64,000 nucleotides of DNA from Nitrospirota bacterium (GTDB taxonomy: Bacteria; Nitrospirota; UBA9217), in NCBI GenBank assembly GCA_963840455.1, contig CAWIYV010000011.1:96001-160000 (forward strand), read 5' to 3'. The notes under the pieces are model-generated. The model saw only the letters and a program-made list of their open reading frames with translations. It made no database searches and was not told the origin of the DNA. Position numbers and translations under genes: made by a program. Shown here piece after piece: positions 43,101-52,994 of the stretch. How positions within the stretch are numbered: position 1 is the first letter of the stretch; the number at the start of each line of letters is the position of its first letter.

Positions 43101-44087
43101 TTGCGGCTTTTCAGGATCAGCCACAGGATCATAGGAGCTTTTGATTCTTGATAGATGCCCTGTCAATGTTGCGACCTTCTCACCATTTGGCAACACAGCG
43201 CCCCAGGGGAGGATCTCTACGATCTGACCCGCAAGTGGCCAGTGAGCCTGATCCTTCGGACGGGTGATCATCTGAACGATTGTATTATTATTTTCGTCTT
43301 TATTGATCTGTATCCGATAAATCGGCGAGGCATTATCAAAACCCCATGTAAAATGAGTGGCATCTACAATCTGAACACGGATCGCCTGGTTCTCGGCGCC
43401 CAGGTATCCGCTCAGCAGGGAGGGTCTGCAAAGATCTTCTGCTACGCCGTCTGGCTCATAATCCACTGTTAGCTTTACATATGGTATTAGTTCTCCTTCA
43501 TAATTCAATACCCGAGCTCTGGAAAATGTTTGAACGAATTGTTTCCAAACCTCAATGCAATCATCGGACTTGACTTGTTCTTTAATCAATACTCGACGCA
43601 TCGTGCGAACACGGGTTGACGTGTCAGGCCCTCCGAGGGCTTTCTCAAGAATCTCGTTATCTTCTGTTGCCGTAACAGGCTGCTGCCAGGCTTCAAGATA
43701 AACCAGATCATAACGTTCACCTTCTTTTTTCGTTGGAGCAGGTGGTAAGGGCTCAGGTCGTTGCAGGGCGTCATTTTGCGTGAGAAATACTTCAGGCGCC
43801 GGCTGTTCTTCCATTTCAAGGCGCAGGCCTCCCAGATAGAAACTTCCCGGAAGAATGTCAAAATTAACGGTTCCGTTCTCGATTCGGGGGTTTGCAATAC
43901 GAAACCCGTTATCCGGTGTCCCCTGTGGACCAATGATGTCTACGCGCGTTCTGCGACGGTCTTCGTTGTCGAGCCGCTCGTTCTCGTTCCAGTCGTCGTC
44001 GATGATCACGCGACCCTGCTGCATCCGCACTCCGGCGTAGTGTTTACGGTAATCCGTTGATGATCGGGAGATATCTTCCGCTGCCAT
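40137..44087 (-). CDS. DUF6519 protein with parallel beta-helix repeats (eCIS tail fibre candidate)
   Basis: DISRSS...YAGVRMQQGRVIIDDDWNE, ALGGPDTSTR, GYLGAENQAIRV, GDHWIIAARP, then beta-helix repeats. Confidence 0.88.
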   Translation of the reverse strand: MAAEDISRSSTDYRKHYAGVRMQQGRVIIDDDWNENERLDNEDRRRTRVDIIGPQGTPDNGFRIANPRIENGTVNFDILPGSFYLGGLRLEMEEQPAPEVFLTQNDALQRPEPLPPAPTKKEGERYDLVYLEAWQQPVTATEDNEILEKALGGPDTSTRVRTMRRVLIKEQVKSDDCIEVWKQFVQTFSRARVLNYEGELIPYVKLTVDYEPDGVAEDLCRPSLLSGYLGAENQAIRVQIVDATHFTWGFDNASPIYRIQINKDENNNTIVQMITRPKDQAHWPLAGQIVEILPWGAVLPNGEKVATLTGHLSRIKSSYDPVADPEKPQFVIETPLPSNFDRKWIASSRNDHFYMRVWNRGADLESSPKIPYSPGTKVRLGKTGLMITMSGRGGLPGDHWIIAARPETPNKVVPWRLEEGMSPQGVRRFYAPLAIIHWSPREDGKTMVGEVSRDCRKRFRPLTQYQGCCSLTVGDGKTSHGDFDSIEEALKHLPSTGGEICLMPGVHEANVHIKGKRNITIRGCGNRTTIIPRGGHLTEPIIYIVDSQGILVEQVEMIAMGGKAVLMEGPEQGKLQFMRLFLRDIEIRHTRILAFDCAIHTFSGSQIKIHHNVIRMLDKEGAGVAIYVMGRDVLIEGNDIGVIPAESTPPGVIEPGEEDPANPCANVEDVYGHIRGAVRYAKALWNAEAMAVLPKEKMHKALGGIHVYSGSKNVKICSNKIIGGAGNGISLGHEIEITTDGAPEQVIKLYKYTYVQVVDERGNPLESIAVAFKNDAGQHSLLSHEDGRLDTINADGEFTVSILSPGWVIKHIEKKLIDEAHCKYKITLKKFEGSEGKNEPEKIKAPIQKVDITDNEITNMGLCGIGTPQNKYSLAMLYLSNPNSRILKILPRLSNISITLNRITGCVNSPITMDIRRKPRNFGFGPISLGWCTFIIVKDNQILQNGTTTKEPVYGMLILGTYIDIVGNVLAANGALIGELRLDYPALRGGIIAIALETAAAQLSDSLAVRTEDYQLKAMSNRAAAASAAGTTSAPTKPDEKLPYVPQVSVSDIMPAISIHNNTVQQPIGCTLMITAIGAVSVTDNYLHTVMSDPSTGGLGAVFILNAGRSTTDAPPLQKPASSVNPSARVNGNEYIETIRSSSRKSGHVLFANNHTILDLARRCRFSQIIHSSDDIGFHGNQSDVLDYDSTMKGNTWLKGMLTVRAADSRFKEAIKGMAKDQDTGTAKVMSLYTVGLVAARAIEAEIYISLLTMALVNNTTHNQGDHCIIVTGTKRIDNGNQVLFPVYCEQLKKDIAEIENKLSVISRLRMAMSGD

Positions 44088-44099
44088 GACAATATCCTC

Positions 44100-46409
44100 C
44101 TACGTCTCCTTTATGAACAATGGTATCAACCCGAACGGCATGTATTCTTCAATCTTTGTCCTCAAACCGTCGAGTTTGATAGGATTTATAAGACTACAGA
44201 ATGCCCCGATTTCAGATCCGTTCTCGGCCCCGCGCAGGATATCTTCTGGTGCGGCTTCACTCAGTTGAGCATATCCAGGATCGCCGAAGCGGCACGAAGT
44301 GAAATAATGCTTCCACTCGGTGATCCCGACGGAATGATAGGGCCGCGGTATCCTGCTCGTTTTGGGTGCGGCGCTGAATCGAAAACACCCCTGCTGCGTA
44401 TCCTCCACATCAATGTTTCCGGTTACGAGAATCTCGGACGCCCGCAGACGATGAACGCTCATGGTTCCGAAGACCGTTACACGGTTCATCGCCGTCTCGC
44501 CACTGGACAGAAACAGCGTAACCTCGTCATTAATAGATTGAATAATGGAATCACTCACCTCGCAGGATTCGATCACACCTTTATTCCCGATATGTATCGG
44601 TCCTGTAATGCAATGATCGATGATCAAATGCTTAACATGGCCTTCAATGCTCAGCACAACAGGCTCAAGCTGCTTTCGGTCCGTGGCCTTGCCTCCCGGA
44701 TCGAGCGTGGAATGCCTTATCAATACTTTTTCATAATCACCTCGCAGGATGACGTTCCGGCCTCCACCATTGCCGATCCAGACCCCCTCTATTACCAGCT
44801 CTGCATTTTCTTGATTGCCTGTGTCCAGGACCCAGTTTGTCTCAAGCTGCAAATACGGCCTTTTCCCGCTCGCTGATTGTATGGTTAGCTTGTTTACTTC
44901 CAGCACGTTGTCGATTGATGTGTACGTAGAACTGTCAGAAAGCTGTATTATCCCTTCATTCTTGAAATCCAGGGCAGTAAGTGACCTCTGATCTGATCCG
45001 GCTGTGATATCTTCGATTTGGTAACCCCCGTCGGGTTTGCGAATTTTCCGCTTCTCGCGCGTGCGGATGATGTCCGGTGGACCAGATAGGAATTGCTGGC
45101 GGTCATAGGTCCCTGCGCTGACATTGCCTGAAAAGCCATAATGATACGTAACAATAACAGGGCCGACAGGGGGACCACCTATAAACAGGATGCGCCCCAG
45201 AACGGGATCTATGATGAGACGTTTATCCTTAACAGCATTGTCCCAATTCATGAGATTGCCGGCTACAATCTGGTCAGGGAGAACGATTACGCCAGGCGCC
45301 TCTTCCACGAAGATTGCTTTCACTCTTGTCGCATCGCCTACAAGAGATTTTTTGCCGCAGTCTTCGAGAAGTGCGCCATCAAGGAGTGTATTATATATGG
45401 CAGGATCATGAATATCGCTGCTGTGCGACAGGTTCTTCAGCATTGTTTGGAGAAACATTTCGCTCGAAAACCGTATGTCTCGCAGTGAGCGAAGTTCATC
45501 GGCCGCGGACGCAGAGAGATTGTGATGGTCGCGTAAATGCTGAATAAGGTTCTCGCTGATCTCATATTCAGCATGGTTCAGAACCCGGCACTGCATGGGT
45601 GCCGGCAGTTCCCACTCCCGGGAGAGGCGCCAGCTGTCCCAGTTTTGCAGTCGACGCTCGTCCGGCTCCGCATCCTGCGGACGGTTTCTCGGCATGAAGA
45701 GCTGAATATCGCGGCCGGATGGATCAACGCTGAAGCGCTTCTTGTCCGTCCAAGCATATGGTGTGATACGCTCTGCACGGTATGCCTGCAGCCGAAACAG
45801 ATAAAAAGCCAGCTTCGGGATCCCATATCTGCCGTCACCCCCTCGATGCCGGCGCGTGTCCGCGGAATAGTGAAATTCTTCAAAAGGCCCCCCCGAAAGA
45901 TCACTACCACGCGGGTTTCTGAGATCGGCCCAGCCGCCCGGTAGTGTCCCAGTAAAACGGCCGGCAAAGGGAAGTGGCTCGGGGTCGAGACCGTGCCGCG
46001 TACGCCCTAGCCTACGGAAGTTCTCGACAACTGTACCCTCCCAGTCCGTGATGTCACTGATCAATTCTTCAAGGATCCGGAGGGTCCCTTTTCGCCGCCT
46101 GTAATAGATGGTCTTCGCTACGTCTATCCGCCGTGCACGTGCATTTAACGCCGAGATCAGCCGTGTCCCTACGAGGTCGCCGATATACGGCACAGCCCAG
46201 TCGTCACAGAGCTCTATGAATTGATCGTCCCAAAGCCGATCGTTGCTCTTTCTGAGCAGCGCCGCCTGCTGAGCGATCATCTCTATCAGCGCTCGGAGGA
46301 CACCCCGTTTGTCACCGAGGCCGTCTTCATGGCGGTACACTGCTGGGATCAATTCCCAAAGTTTCTCGGCATAGTACCGCTGATAATCAGCTCTCAGCTC
46401 ATGGGACAT
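44100..46409 (-). CDS. eCIS baseplate/tail protein (P2 gpI-like N-terminus)
   Basis: LWELIPAVYR, LWDDQFIELCDDWAVPYIGDLVG, RRRKGT, FTSCRFGDPGYAQL, EEYMPFG. Confidence 0.88.
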   Translation of the reverse strand: MSHELRADYQRYYAEKLWELIPAVYRHEDGLGDKRGVLRALIEMIAQQAALLRKSNDRLWDDQFIELCDDWAVPYIGDLVGTRLISALNARARRIDVAKTIYYRRRKGTLRILEELISDITDWEGTVVENFRRLGRTRHGLDPEPLPFAGRFTGTLPGGWADLRNPRGSDLSGGPFEEFHYSADTRRHRGGDGRYGIPKLAFYLFRLQAYRAERITPYAWTDKKRFSVDPSGRDIQLFMPRNRPQDAEPDERRLQNWDSWRLSREWELPAPMQCRVLNHAEYEISENLIQHLRDHHNLSASAADELRSLRDIRFSSEMFLQTMLKNLSHSSDIHDPAIYNTLLDGALLEDCGKKSLVGDATRVKAIFVEEAPGVIVLPDQIVAGNLMNWDNAVKDKRLIIDPVLGRILFIGGPPVGPVIVTYHYGFSGNVSAGTYDRQQFLSGPPDIIRTREKRKIRKPDGGYQIEDITAGSDQRSLTALDFKNEGIIQLSDSSTYTSIDNVLEVNKLTIQSASGKRPYLQLETNWVLDTGNQENAELVIEGVWIGNGGGRNVILRGDYEKVLIRHSTLDPGGKATDRKQLEPVVLSIEGHVKHLIIDHCITGPIHIGNKGVIESCEVSDSIIQSINDEVTLFLSSGETAMNRVTVFGTMSVHRLRASEILVTGNIDVEDTQQGCFRFSAAPKTSRIPRPYHSVGITEWKHYFTSCRFGDPGYAQLSEAAPEDILRGAENGSEIGAFCSLINPIKLDGLRTKIEEYMPFGLIPLFIKET

Positions 46410-48906
46410 TGACCGCCTCCTGTCCATTCAGCAGAAGCGCACCGGTCTCAATATCGAAATATTTCCCCGTGCCAGGTGACAGAGCATACTCTTCCCATAA
46501 TGCTCCATTCCACTGTAGGTCGTGAACGGCCACTACGCGGGGATCCGCAATGATCGCCTCATAGACCCTGCTGCGATAGAGCGGCGTCCCGATGCCAATA
46601 TTTTCCGGAGTCAAGATCCCTGTTTTCTTTCCGGTGAGCACGGTCCTTATATCACTCAGTACATCCTGTTCGGAATATCGGGTATCAACAACAACCTGTA
46701 TCGAAAATTCTACCGGCATGCCATGCGCATGCTCGACATCGATCAGAACAGAGGGATCGCTCACGTTCCGGAGCGCCGTCGCGATGCGGCGCTCCAATCC
46801 GCTATCGCCTACGTACCAGATCTGCACCACAGGACACTGCTGTGTCTCATGCCAATGCCACGCTACCCGGACAGCGCGGACGCCGCCCAGCCCCGCGGCG
46901 ACGGCCTCAAAGTCGTTCAGGGAGACGGCGCGCCCGATGATAAGTGCAGAGCGGGGCGCATTCGTGCGCATATTCTTCTCTGATTCGGCGTCATCCCCTC
47001 CGTACGCCGCGAGTGGGTTCTTCACGGCGGTGAGCCCTTTCACGGGCTTGGCAAGCTGGTTTATCGAACCGGCGGGAGGGCTCGCCGCGCCCGCACCGAA
47101 CTGGTAGTCCGCCTTCACATTCTCCGTGCCTGTCGGAAGGCGGGAGCCGTTCCGGCCGTCACCGAACGTGACTATCGTTTCATTATCGTCGGTATGGGTG
47201 ACCGCGTACACACGGTCTTCAGGACGAGCTCGCACAAAACTCTTCACCTCAGACCACCGGATCCCGTTCACCCATATCACGAGCGTGCTGGCAACACCCT
47301 GCTCGTTGTCAGCCGTTGTTGACGAAACATAGCTCAGCGGCTTTTTCTTCAACTTGAACGACTGATTGGATTGTGACGCGTTCCCGTTTCCCAGCACTTC
47401 GTCCTTGACTGTTTCACCGCGCGTAGCGCTGGCCACATTCCCGTATGCCTTTACCGGAAGCCTAAGAGCTGAATCCCAGGATGTTCCCGTCGCCACATCG
47501 AGCTTCGCCTCCGCATAATTGATGCTCCCTTCCGTCTGAACTCCCAGAACATTCTTGTCTTCGAGCAGGAACCGGACCGGGGAAGAAGCGTCTGCCGGCA
47601 GTTCTTCGATGTTTGTGAGTTCCAGGGTATCGTCCCGGGAGACCGAGGTCCCGGCTTCGGCCGTAAGTCGGCCCCCTTCCATGAATCCGAAATGGACTGC
47701 CATCGTGCAGAAATCGACTGATGGTATCGGTTTCCCTGCGACCATAATCTTACTTAGAGATATTTTCGCAGAGGGGATCTCCGGAACACTGTCGGCTCCA
47801 ATCTCCGGTTCCAATGGTTCCCGGGTTTCCATGATTTTGGTGACGGAGTATGGCTCGAATCCGGCATCCCACGTTATGATGACATAACTGCCGGGCCGAA
47901 TCTGGGGATAAAGTCCATCCAAGGTGATCGCAATGTTGCCGTTCTCGCCTTCATTGAAAACGGGAGCTTTTCTCAGATAGGCCTTTTGCGCCGGTTTGAG
48001 CAGCCTGACCTGTGCATAGGGTGTGCCAGCAGGAAAACGCACCGGCCGGTCCATCTCCACGCTGACGTACGGACAACCATCCTTGCCCGTGATTTTCGAA
48101 ACATTCACAGCTGTTGCGGCCTGATGATGGCTGTTCTTACTGTCTGCGCCGCTTCTATACATAAGCATGAGATCGCCGCGTGCTATAGCTGCGTTCTCAG
48201 GCCTGAGAAGAACGGCCTGCTGCTCGCCGTACAGCATCGAGCCGGGAAACGGAATCGGGATGGGAAGCGGCCGAACCATCGGGCCCGGTGTTCTGACAAC
48301 CGGACCGACTGCTGATGTTCTCAGCACATGAGAGGGCACGCTTCCGCCATTGACAATAACGTCTCCGAACGTGGACCTTCGCGGCGGTTTGATTGACCAG
48401 CGATTGAACGCAGGATGTACGATGGTTTGCCGCCGGAGTTCAAAGACCTGGGGTGGCTCTCCATCAAAGGCTCCCGACCGGAAGGCCGTGCCCGGAGGGA
48501 GGATCACGGGCTGGCGGCCTTCCGCTAGGACGGCAAGATCAACGCTCGCGGATACAGCGGGTTTCGGTTTATATCCGAGCAGGCCGATGAGCTTACGCAG
48601 GGACGGGTTCCTTCTCGCGGTGCGCACATAGCATTCGTGTGCGATCACCTCGTCGTAGAACGCGAGCACGTCGCACACATAGGCCCACATTTCCAGCAGC
48701 ATGATGCCGAAGTCGTCTTTTCCCTGCACGCGCCATCCGGCTAGGGCGGGTTTGGTCGGCGTCATTGCCAGCATTGCCCGCCGGAACTCAGGAAAACCGG
48801 CAATTTGTCTCGGTAATCGGTCAAGCCCGGCCGGGATAGTCAAGTTCGGCGGATGAACGAACGTGCCGCAGATACACTCACGATATGGATCACAGGAAGA
48901 CGTCAT
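46399..48906 (-). CDS. Baseplate J/gp47-family protein (Afp12-like)
   Basis: DFGIMLLEMWAYVCDVLAFY, ATRGETV..EVLGNG, VTFGDG..GSRLPTG, RAVSLNDFE. Confidence 0.9.
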   Translation of the reverse strand: MTSSCDPYRECICGTFVHPPNLTIPAGLDRLPRQIAGFPEFRRAMLAMTPTKPALAGWRVQGKDDFGIMLLEMWAYVCDVLAFYDEVIAHECYVRTARRNPSLRKLIGLLGYKPKPAVSASVDLAVLAEGRQPVILPPGTAFRSGAFDGEPPQVFELRRQTIVHPAFNRWSIKPPRRSTFGDVIVNGGSVPSHVLRTSAVGPVVRTPGPMVRPLPIPIPFPGSMLYGEQQAVLLRPENAAIARGDLMLMYRSGADSKNSHHQAATAVNVSKITGKDGCPYVSVEMDRPVRFPAGTPYAQVRLLKPAQKAYLRKAPVFNEGENGNIAITLDGLYPQIRPGSYVIITWDAGFEPYSVTKIMETREPLEPEIGADSVPEIPSAKISLSKIMVAGKPIPSVDFCTMAVHFGFMEGGRLTAEAGTSVSRDDTLELTNIEELPADASSPVRFLLEDKNVLGVQTEGSINYAEAKLDVATGTSWDSALRLPVKAYGNVASATRGETVKDEVLGNGNASQSNQSFKLKKKPLSYVSSTTADNEQGVASTLVIWVNGIRWSEVKSFVRARPEDRVYAVTHTDDNETIVTFGDGRNGSRLPTGTENVKADYQFGAGAASPPAGSINQLAKPVKGLTAVKNPLAAYGGDDAESEKNMRTNAPRSALIIGRAVSLNDFEAVAAGLGGVRAVRVAWHWHETQQCPVVQIWYVGDSGLERRIATALRNVSDPSVLIDVEHAHGMPVEFSIQVVVDTRYSEQDVLSDIRTVLTGKKTGILTPENIGIGTPLYRSRVYEAIIADPRVVAVHDLQWNGALWEEYALSPGTGKYFDIETGALLLNGQEAVNVP

Positions 48907-51416
48907 GCCCCGCCTTTCATGATGAGCTGCAGTGACCCGTGTTCGGGTTTTGACGGATCATTTTCGAGCCGGATCACTTCATCCGAACCCACAGGATAGA
49001 ATGATTCTGTAAATTCGCGCCATTCAAACCAGCCGCTACGCCTGAGCTCCGTACTGACAACGCCCCTTACGCCCGGGGTCTCCTGGATGCGAGCCTCTAA
49101 AACCGAGCGCTCGAGCGGCGTCCCGAAGGTGAAGTTGTCCGGGGAGAAGAAGCCCGGTTGTTGCTGAATCCCGCGTTTTCCAAGAAGGGCCTCCATGACC
49201 CGTTCCTTCACCTGTGTAGCATAGGCGTGCGGCACCACGCAGATGGTGATCCTCAAGTGCAGGTCAGCATACTTGGGATCGAGTACGTACACCTCTCGGC
49301 CTGCCTGGCGGAAACGGTCCATCTGGTCGCAGAGTTCCACACGCTGGACCTCCGAAAGAGTCACCGCGCCAAGCGGGTCCGGCGTCACGAACGCCGAAAG
49401 CCAACTGCCTGTCCAGCGAAAGATGGCCCCGGCCCGCTGGACCCAGGAAAGCCGTTCCGCGGCTTCGGCGTAATCTTCCGGCCGCACTGCCCGTAGAGGA
49501 AGCTCGCTGAACACATGGGGAGCCCGCAGTCGGATCTCTTCCGGCGTTTCAGGGTCTGTTCCGTTGGTTACGGGGAAGGGATTCGTAACCGTTTCGATAA
49601 AAACACCGAACATTCCGTCATCTATATCAAAATGCGTTATTGAATCCGCAGGCACATTCGTTTGCCGTCCGGTTCCGACACGATACATGACCTGGAAAAC
49701 CGTCCCCGGAGAGGGTATCGCACCAAACTCCTGGTCACCGAATCGAAGCGTGGTCCCTCTGCCATCGGCAAAGTCATAATGCACAATTTCCTGGCCATCC
49801 CGTCTGAATCCTACAACGCGCTTCCATGTCCCGTCATCAAGAGTAAAATGTTTTTCCATCGGATCTGATGCAAAGCGTTGGTCGTCCATTAAGGAAGACG
49901 GCATCCCCAGTAGTGAACGCCTCCATGTCCATGCTTCCTTCAGAGGCCATTCACGCTCCTTTTCGTCATACTCGACCTCGGCGATGCTGATCTCCGGGCA
50001 TGCCGTCTGTGGATCGCTGCCGAGCCAGTCCGCCCCCCGCCATACGAGCCCCTTGGCCTCTGCTCCGGACAGGCTGTAGAGATATGCGACCCTTCCGTTC
50101 GGGCCGACACGATTGACGGCCTGCTCAATTTTTTCGCGTTCTGCCACCGGCAGATCTACAGGCTCGGGGGCGTTACCAACAAAGAATTTCTCCTCCTGAG
50201 TCTTTCCCGCTGTAACGGGTACCATATTGGCATGAACTGACATGATACTCATGTCCATCTCAAATGGCAGGGCCTGTGCGTCCTCCCATTTGATCCGGGT
50301 AAGCTCATCACCCGTCAGCCTGTCTCGGATCTTTTTGTTTTTTATCTTGTCTTCGACCTCGATCAGACGTACCATCCACATCCGGGGCAGTGTTCCCGTC
50401 GTCTTAAGGAGCACCCACTTGCCTGGGAGTCTGTCCGGAGTAAGATCATCAAAAGGAAGATCTTTTTTGTATGAACCCTTTATATACAATTCGGTTGTGC
50501 CTGGGCTGAGACAAGGTTTATCGTTGTCCCAAATGTGGGGCTTAAATTCGTTCCGTAGGGCATCAACATCGTACGTTATAACAGATCGCGTCTCTGATAA
50601 ACCTTTCCCGATCTCAAAATCGATCTGCTCACCATTGTCAGCAATGGCCCACACATCCGCTCCTGCCGCTACTGTGGTCTTCTGCCCCTGCTTTACTTGC
50701 ACGTCGAGCCATGTCGATGATCCCAGACCGTCATGGACCGGATAATCCACCAGCCGGGCATGGCGCCGAAGCGATCGCCGCTGAGTTGCTGTTTCGAGAT
50801 AAGCCTCCCTGCCGATCCTGTCCTGATAGTATGCGAACTCGTCCCCCAAGGCGCTCATGACTTCCGCGAGCATCACTCCGGCATCCGCCTCGAGCCGGTC
50901 TTTCCAATCAGGATATCGCTGGGAAGCAAAATCGAGCAGTGCCCGCCGCAGGCTCCAGAAGTCCCGCGCCTGGTATTCTATCGTCACGTCATCTTGCGCT
51001 TCAGAGGGACATTCCGGATTTCTTTTCCTGCAGTCAACATCACTGCGACAGTTGGCCTTGAAGCTGAAGCAGACATCGTTGTAGTAGGGATCGATGCGGT
51101 CATCATCTATGTACAGCTTATAGATTGTAAAATCCCCTCGCATCTTGGTCAGTATTCGCAGCACAGGAATACCGTTCACTTCCGGCCATTCGAGCCCATT
51201 AACGGGGATAGGCGACAAGTTTGTGTCATTCTGCAGGCTGTAAATGCGGATCTTCTCTGGTTTCAAATCATCTATCAAAGGAACATCCAAGTCCGCCGGT
51301 GAAACAAGAAAATGCACTTCGAGCGTCATTTGCGAAGGATGGACATACACAAAATCAATCCCCGTAAGAGAGGTCTGTTGCTGAAGCAATGCAAGACGGC
51401 TCTGTGCATCCATCAC
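48903..51416 (-). CDS. Baseplate assembly protein (Afp11-like, baseplate J)
   Basis: YQARDFWSLRRALLD, EAYLETATQRRSLRRHARLVDY, LRFGDQEFG, RAVRPEDY. Confidence 0.9.
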   Translation of the reverse strand: MMDAQSRLALLQQQTSLTGIDFVYVHPSQMTLEVHFLVSPADLDVPLIDDLKPEKIRIYSLQNDTNLSPIPVNGLEWPEVNGIPVLRILTKMRGDFTIYKLYIDDDRIDPYYNDVCFSFKANCRSDVDCRKRNPECPSEAQDDVTIEYQARDFWSLRRALLDFASQRYPDWKDRLEADAGVMLAEVMSALGDEFAYYQDRIGREAYLETATQRRSLRRHARLVDYPVHDGLGSSTWLDVQVKQGQKTTVAAGADVWAIADNGEQIDFEIGKGLSETRSVITYDVDALRNEFKPHIWDNDKPCLSPGTTELYIKGSYKKDLPFDDLTPDRLPGKWVLLKTTGTLPRMWMVRLIEVEDKIKNKKIRDRLTGDELTRIKWEDAQALPFEMDMSIMSVHANMVPVTAGKTQEEKFFVGNAPEPVDLPVAEREKIEQAVNRVGPNGRVAYLYSLSGAEAKGLVWRGADWLGSDPQTACPEISIAEVEYDEKEREWPLKEAWTWRRSLLGMPSSLMDDQRFASDPMEKHFTLDDGTWKRVVGFRRDGQEIVHYDFADGRGTTLRFGDQEFGAIPSPGTVFQVMYRVGTGRQTNVPADSITHFDIDDGMFGVFIETVTNPFPVTNGTDPETPEEIRLRAPHVFSELPLRAVRPEDYAEAAERLSWVQRAGAIFRWTGSWLSAFVTPDPLGAVTLSEVQRVELCDQMDRFRQAGREVYVLDPKYADLHLRITICVVPHAYATQVKERVMEALLGKRGIQQQPGFFSPDNFTFGTPLERSVLEARIQETPGVRGVVSTELRRSGWFEWREFTESFYPVGSDEVIRLENDPSKPEHGSLQLIMKGGA

Positions 51417-51790
51417 ACTGTTACCTCCACATTGAGGTATCGCCGTTCCTGACGCGACTTCACTACGTAGGCAATTTGCACTATGAGCTTTTCCTCGACG
51501 GCCTCCGCCTTAACCCTATCAACACTGATCACACTGCCCAGCCATTTGTCCAGGGCCTGCAGGATCGTCACCTGCATGAGGCTCGCCGTGACGTCACTAT
51601 TGGGCGCGAAGATCATATTCCTCAGTCCACAGCCGAAATCAGGCCTATTGATCCGCTCACCCGATGAGGTAAGGAGCACCTGTTTGATCATTTGTTCGAC
51701 ATGCTGTGCATAGTCCGTTTCCTGCAGCAGGCGTCCCAGCCCGGTGTCGATCCCTATGGGATAATGAATAGATTGAATGTTCTTGCTCAT
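51413..51790 (-). CDS. GPW/gp25-family baseplate protein (Afp9-like)
   Basis: QVLLTSSGERINRPDFGCGL. Confidence 0.93.
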   Translation of the reverse strand: MSKNIQSIHYPIGIDTGLGRLLQETDYAQHVEQMIKQVLLTSSGERINRPDFGCGLRNMIFAPNSDVTASLMQVTILQALDKWLGSVISVDRVKAEAVEEKLIVQIAYVVKSRQERRYLNVEVTV

Positions 51791-51839
51791 ACACTGTTAC
51801 CGTCAAGCGATCAGGGAGCAAACACCGGCACGGGGCCGT

Positions 51840-52268
51840 TCACGACAAATCCATTACTTCTATTTCCTCGACTTCCGCTTTATGGACATTGCCGACTTGG
51901 TCCTGATATTGTTCCACGCTGATACCATGCCACTTTATCTTCCCGAGTTTTTGCGAAATTCCTCCGAAATTATCCGCAAGATCGTACACATCCACTTCTG
52001 ACTCGTTATTGCTCAAAACTTTGTGCTGGTTCGCCTGACTTTCGTCCTGTTCAACATACACCTTCAGTTTAAAGGCCTCTGATGAGTAGTCCTTCAGATG
52101 TTTAAGCACTCCTTGCGCGATCGCGGAAAATAAGATCCGCCGCTCAACCTGGCCAAGTGCGGTCATGGTTGTCCCGGTATATGCCTCCCATGCTGCCCGA
52201 AAGGCTTCTTCCATGGCCTCTGCCATGCTGCCGGAGTAATCTGATACCGTCCCTGCTTTAAATGCCAT
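51840..52268 (-). CDS. Hypothetical eCIS protein between spike and gp25
   Basis: GGAG RBS; SMAEAMEEAF...RRILFSAIAQGVLKHLK; no PAAR motif. Confidence 0.75.
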   Translation of the reverse strand: MAFKAGTVSDYSGSMAEAMEEAFRAAWEAYTGTTMTALGQVERRILFSAIAQGVLKHLKDYSSEAFKLKVYVEQDESQANQHKVLSNNESEVDVYDLADNFGGISQKLGKIKWHGISVEQYQDQVGNVHKAEVEEIEVMDLS

Positions 52269-52288
52269 GACACAATTCTCCGTTTATG

Positions 52289-52993
52289 CTATCCGGTTTT
52301 GACCCTCATCGATACAAGCTGCAAAGTAGCCGGTGGAAACGGCGGTACGGGAGGCGCCGGCGTGACCGGCAGCACGCCGAGCGCGAGCTGTCCCGGATGG
52401 ATGTGGCTCTGATACAGCGACACGAGCTGGTTCAGATAGGTGATCAGCTCGTCGCCGAACACCACGGGGTGCGTGGAGTTCTCCACCAGCTCGATCTGCG
52501 GCGCTTCTACGACTGCTTTGACAGCCCCTTTCACGGTGATCTTGCTCTGTTGGACCTCGATGGTCAGCATGTTGTTGCCGTTCTCGTCGCTTAAGCTGAT
52601 CTTCTGGCCGTCGTCGTCGAGAGTGACCATCAGACCCTGCCTGGTCCTGATGATCTTGAGCGGCGGCGTGGCTCCGGCGCCTGACTCGTTCTTCGGGAGT
52701 TGGTTATCGGCCCAGAAAAAACCTGTCCAAATGGGATACGACGGGTCACCAGCCTCGAATTCAACAAAAATACCTGTGCCCGTTTCCGGCTGCGCATAAA
52801 ACCCCATGCCGTCCCCTGCATAGGGTGTACACGGCATCGCCCATACCTCGAGGCCGCCCAGTACCGCCGGCACGCGGACCTTGATCCGTCCGCGCGATGT
52901 TGGATCATTATTGTCAGTGACCGTTCCCCGGTACTTTCCAAAATAACGGCTGCGCACCCAGTCAAGCAATTGTTCCTGCGAATCCTCGTTCAT
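52289..52993 (-). CDS. Baseplate assembly protein V / gp5-like spike (OB fold + beta region + HxH tip)
   Basis: RYFGKYRGTVTDNNDP..RGRIKVRVP, WAMPCTPYAG, VEFEAGDPSYPIWTG, C-terminal SHIHP. Confidence 0.9.
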   Translation of the reverse strand: MNEDSQEQLLDWVRSRYFGKYRGTVTDNNDPTSRGRIKVRVPAVLGGLEVWAMPCTPYAGDGMGFYAQPETGTGIFVEFEAGDPSYPIWTGFFWADNQLPKNESGAGATPPLKIIRTRQGLMVTLDDDGQKISLSDENGNNMLTIEVQQSKITVKGAVKAVVEAPQIELVENSTHPVVFGDELITYLNQLVSLYQSHIHPGQLALGVLPVTPAPPVPPFPPATLQLVSMRVKTG

Positions 52994-52994
52994 A

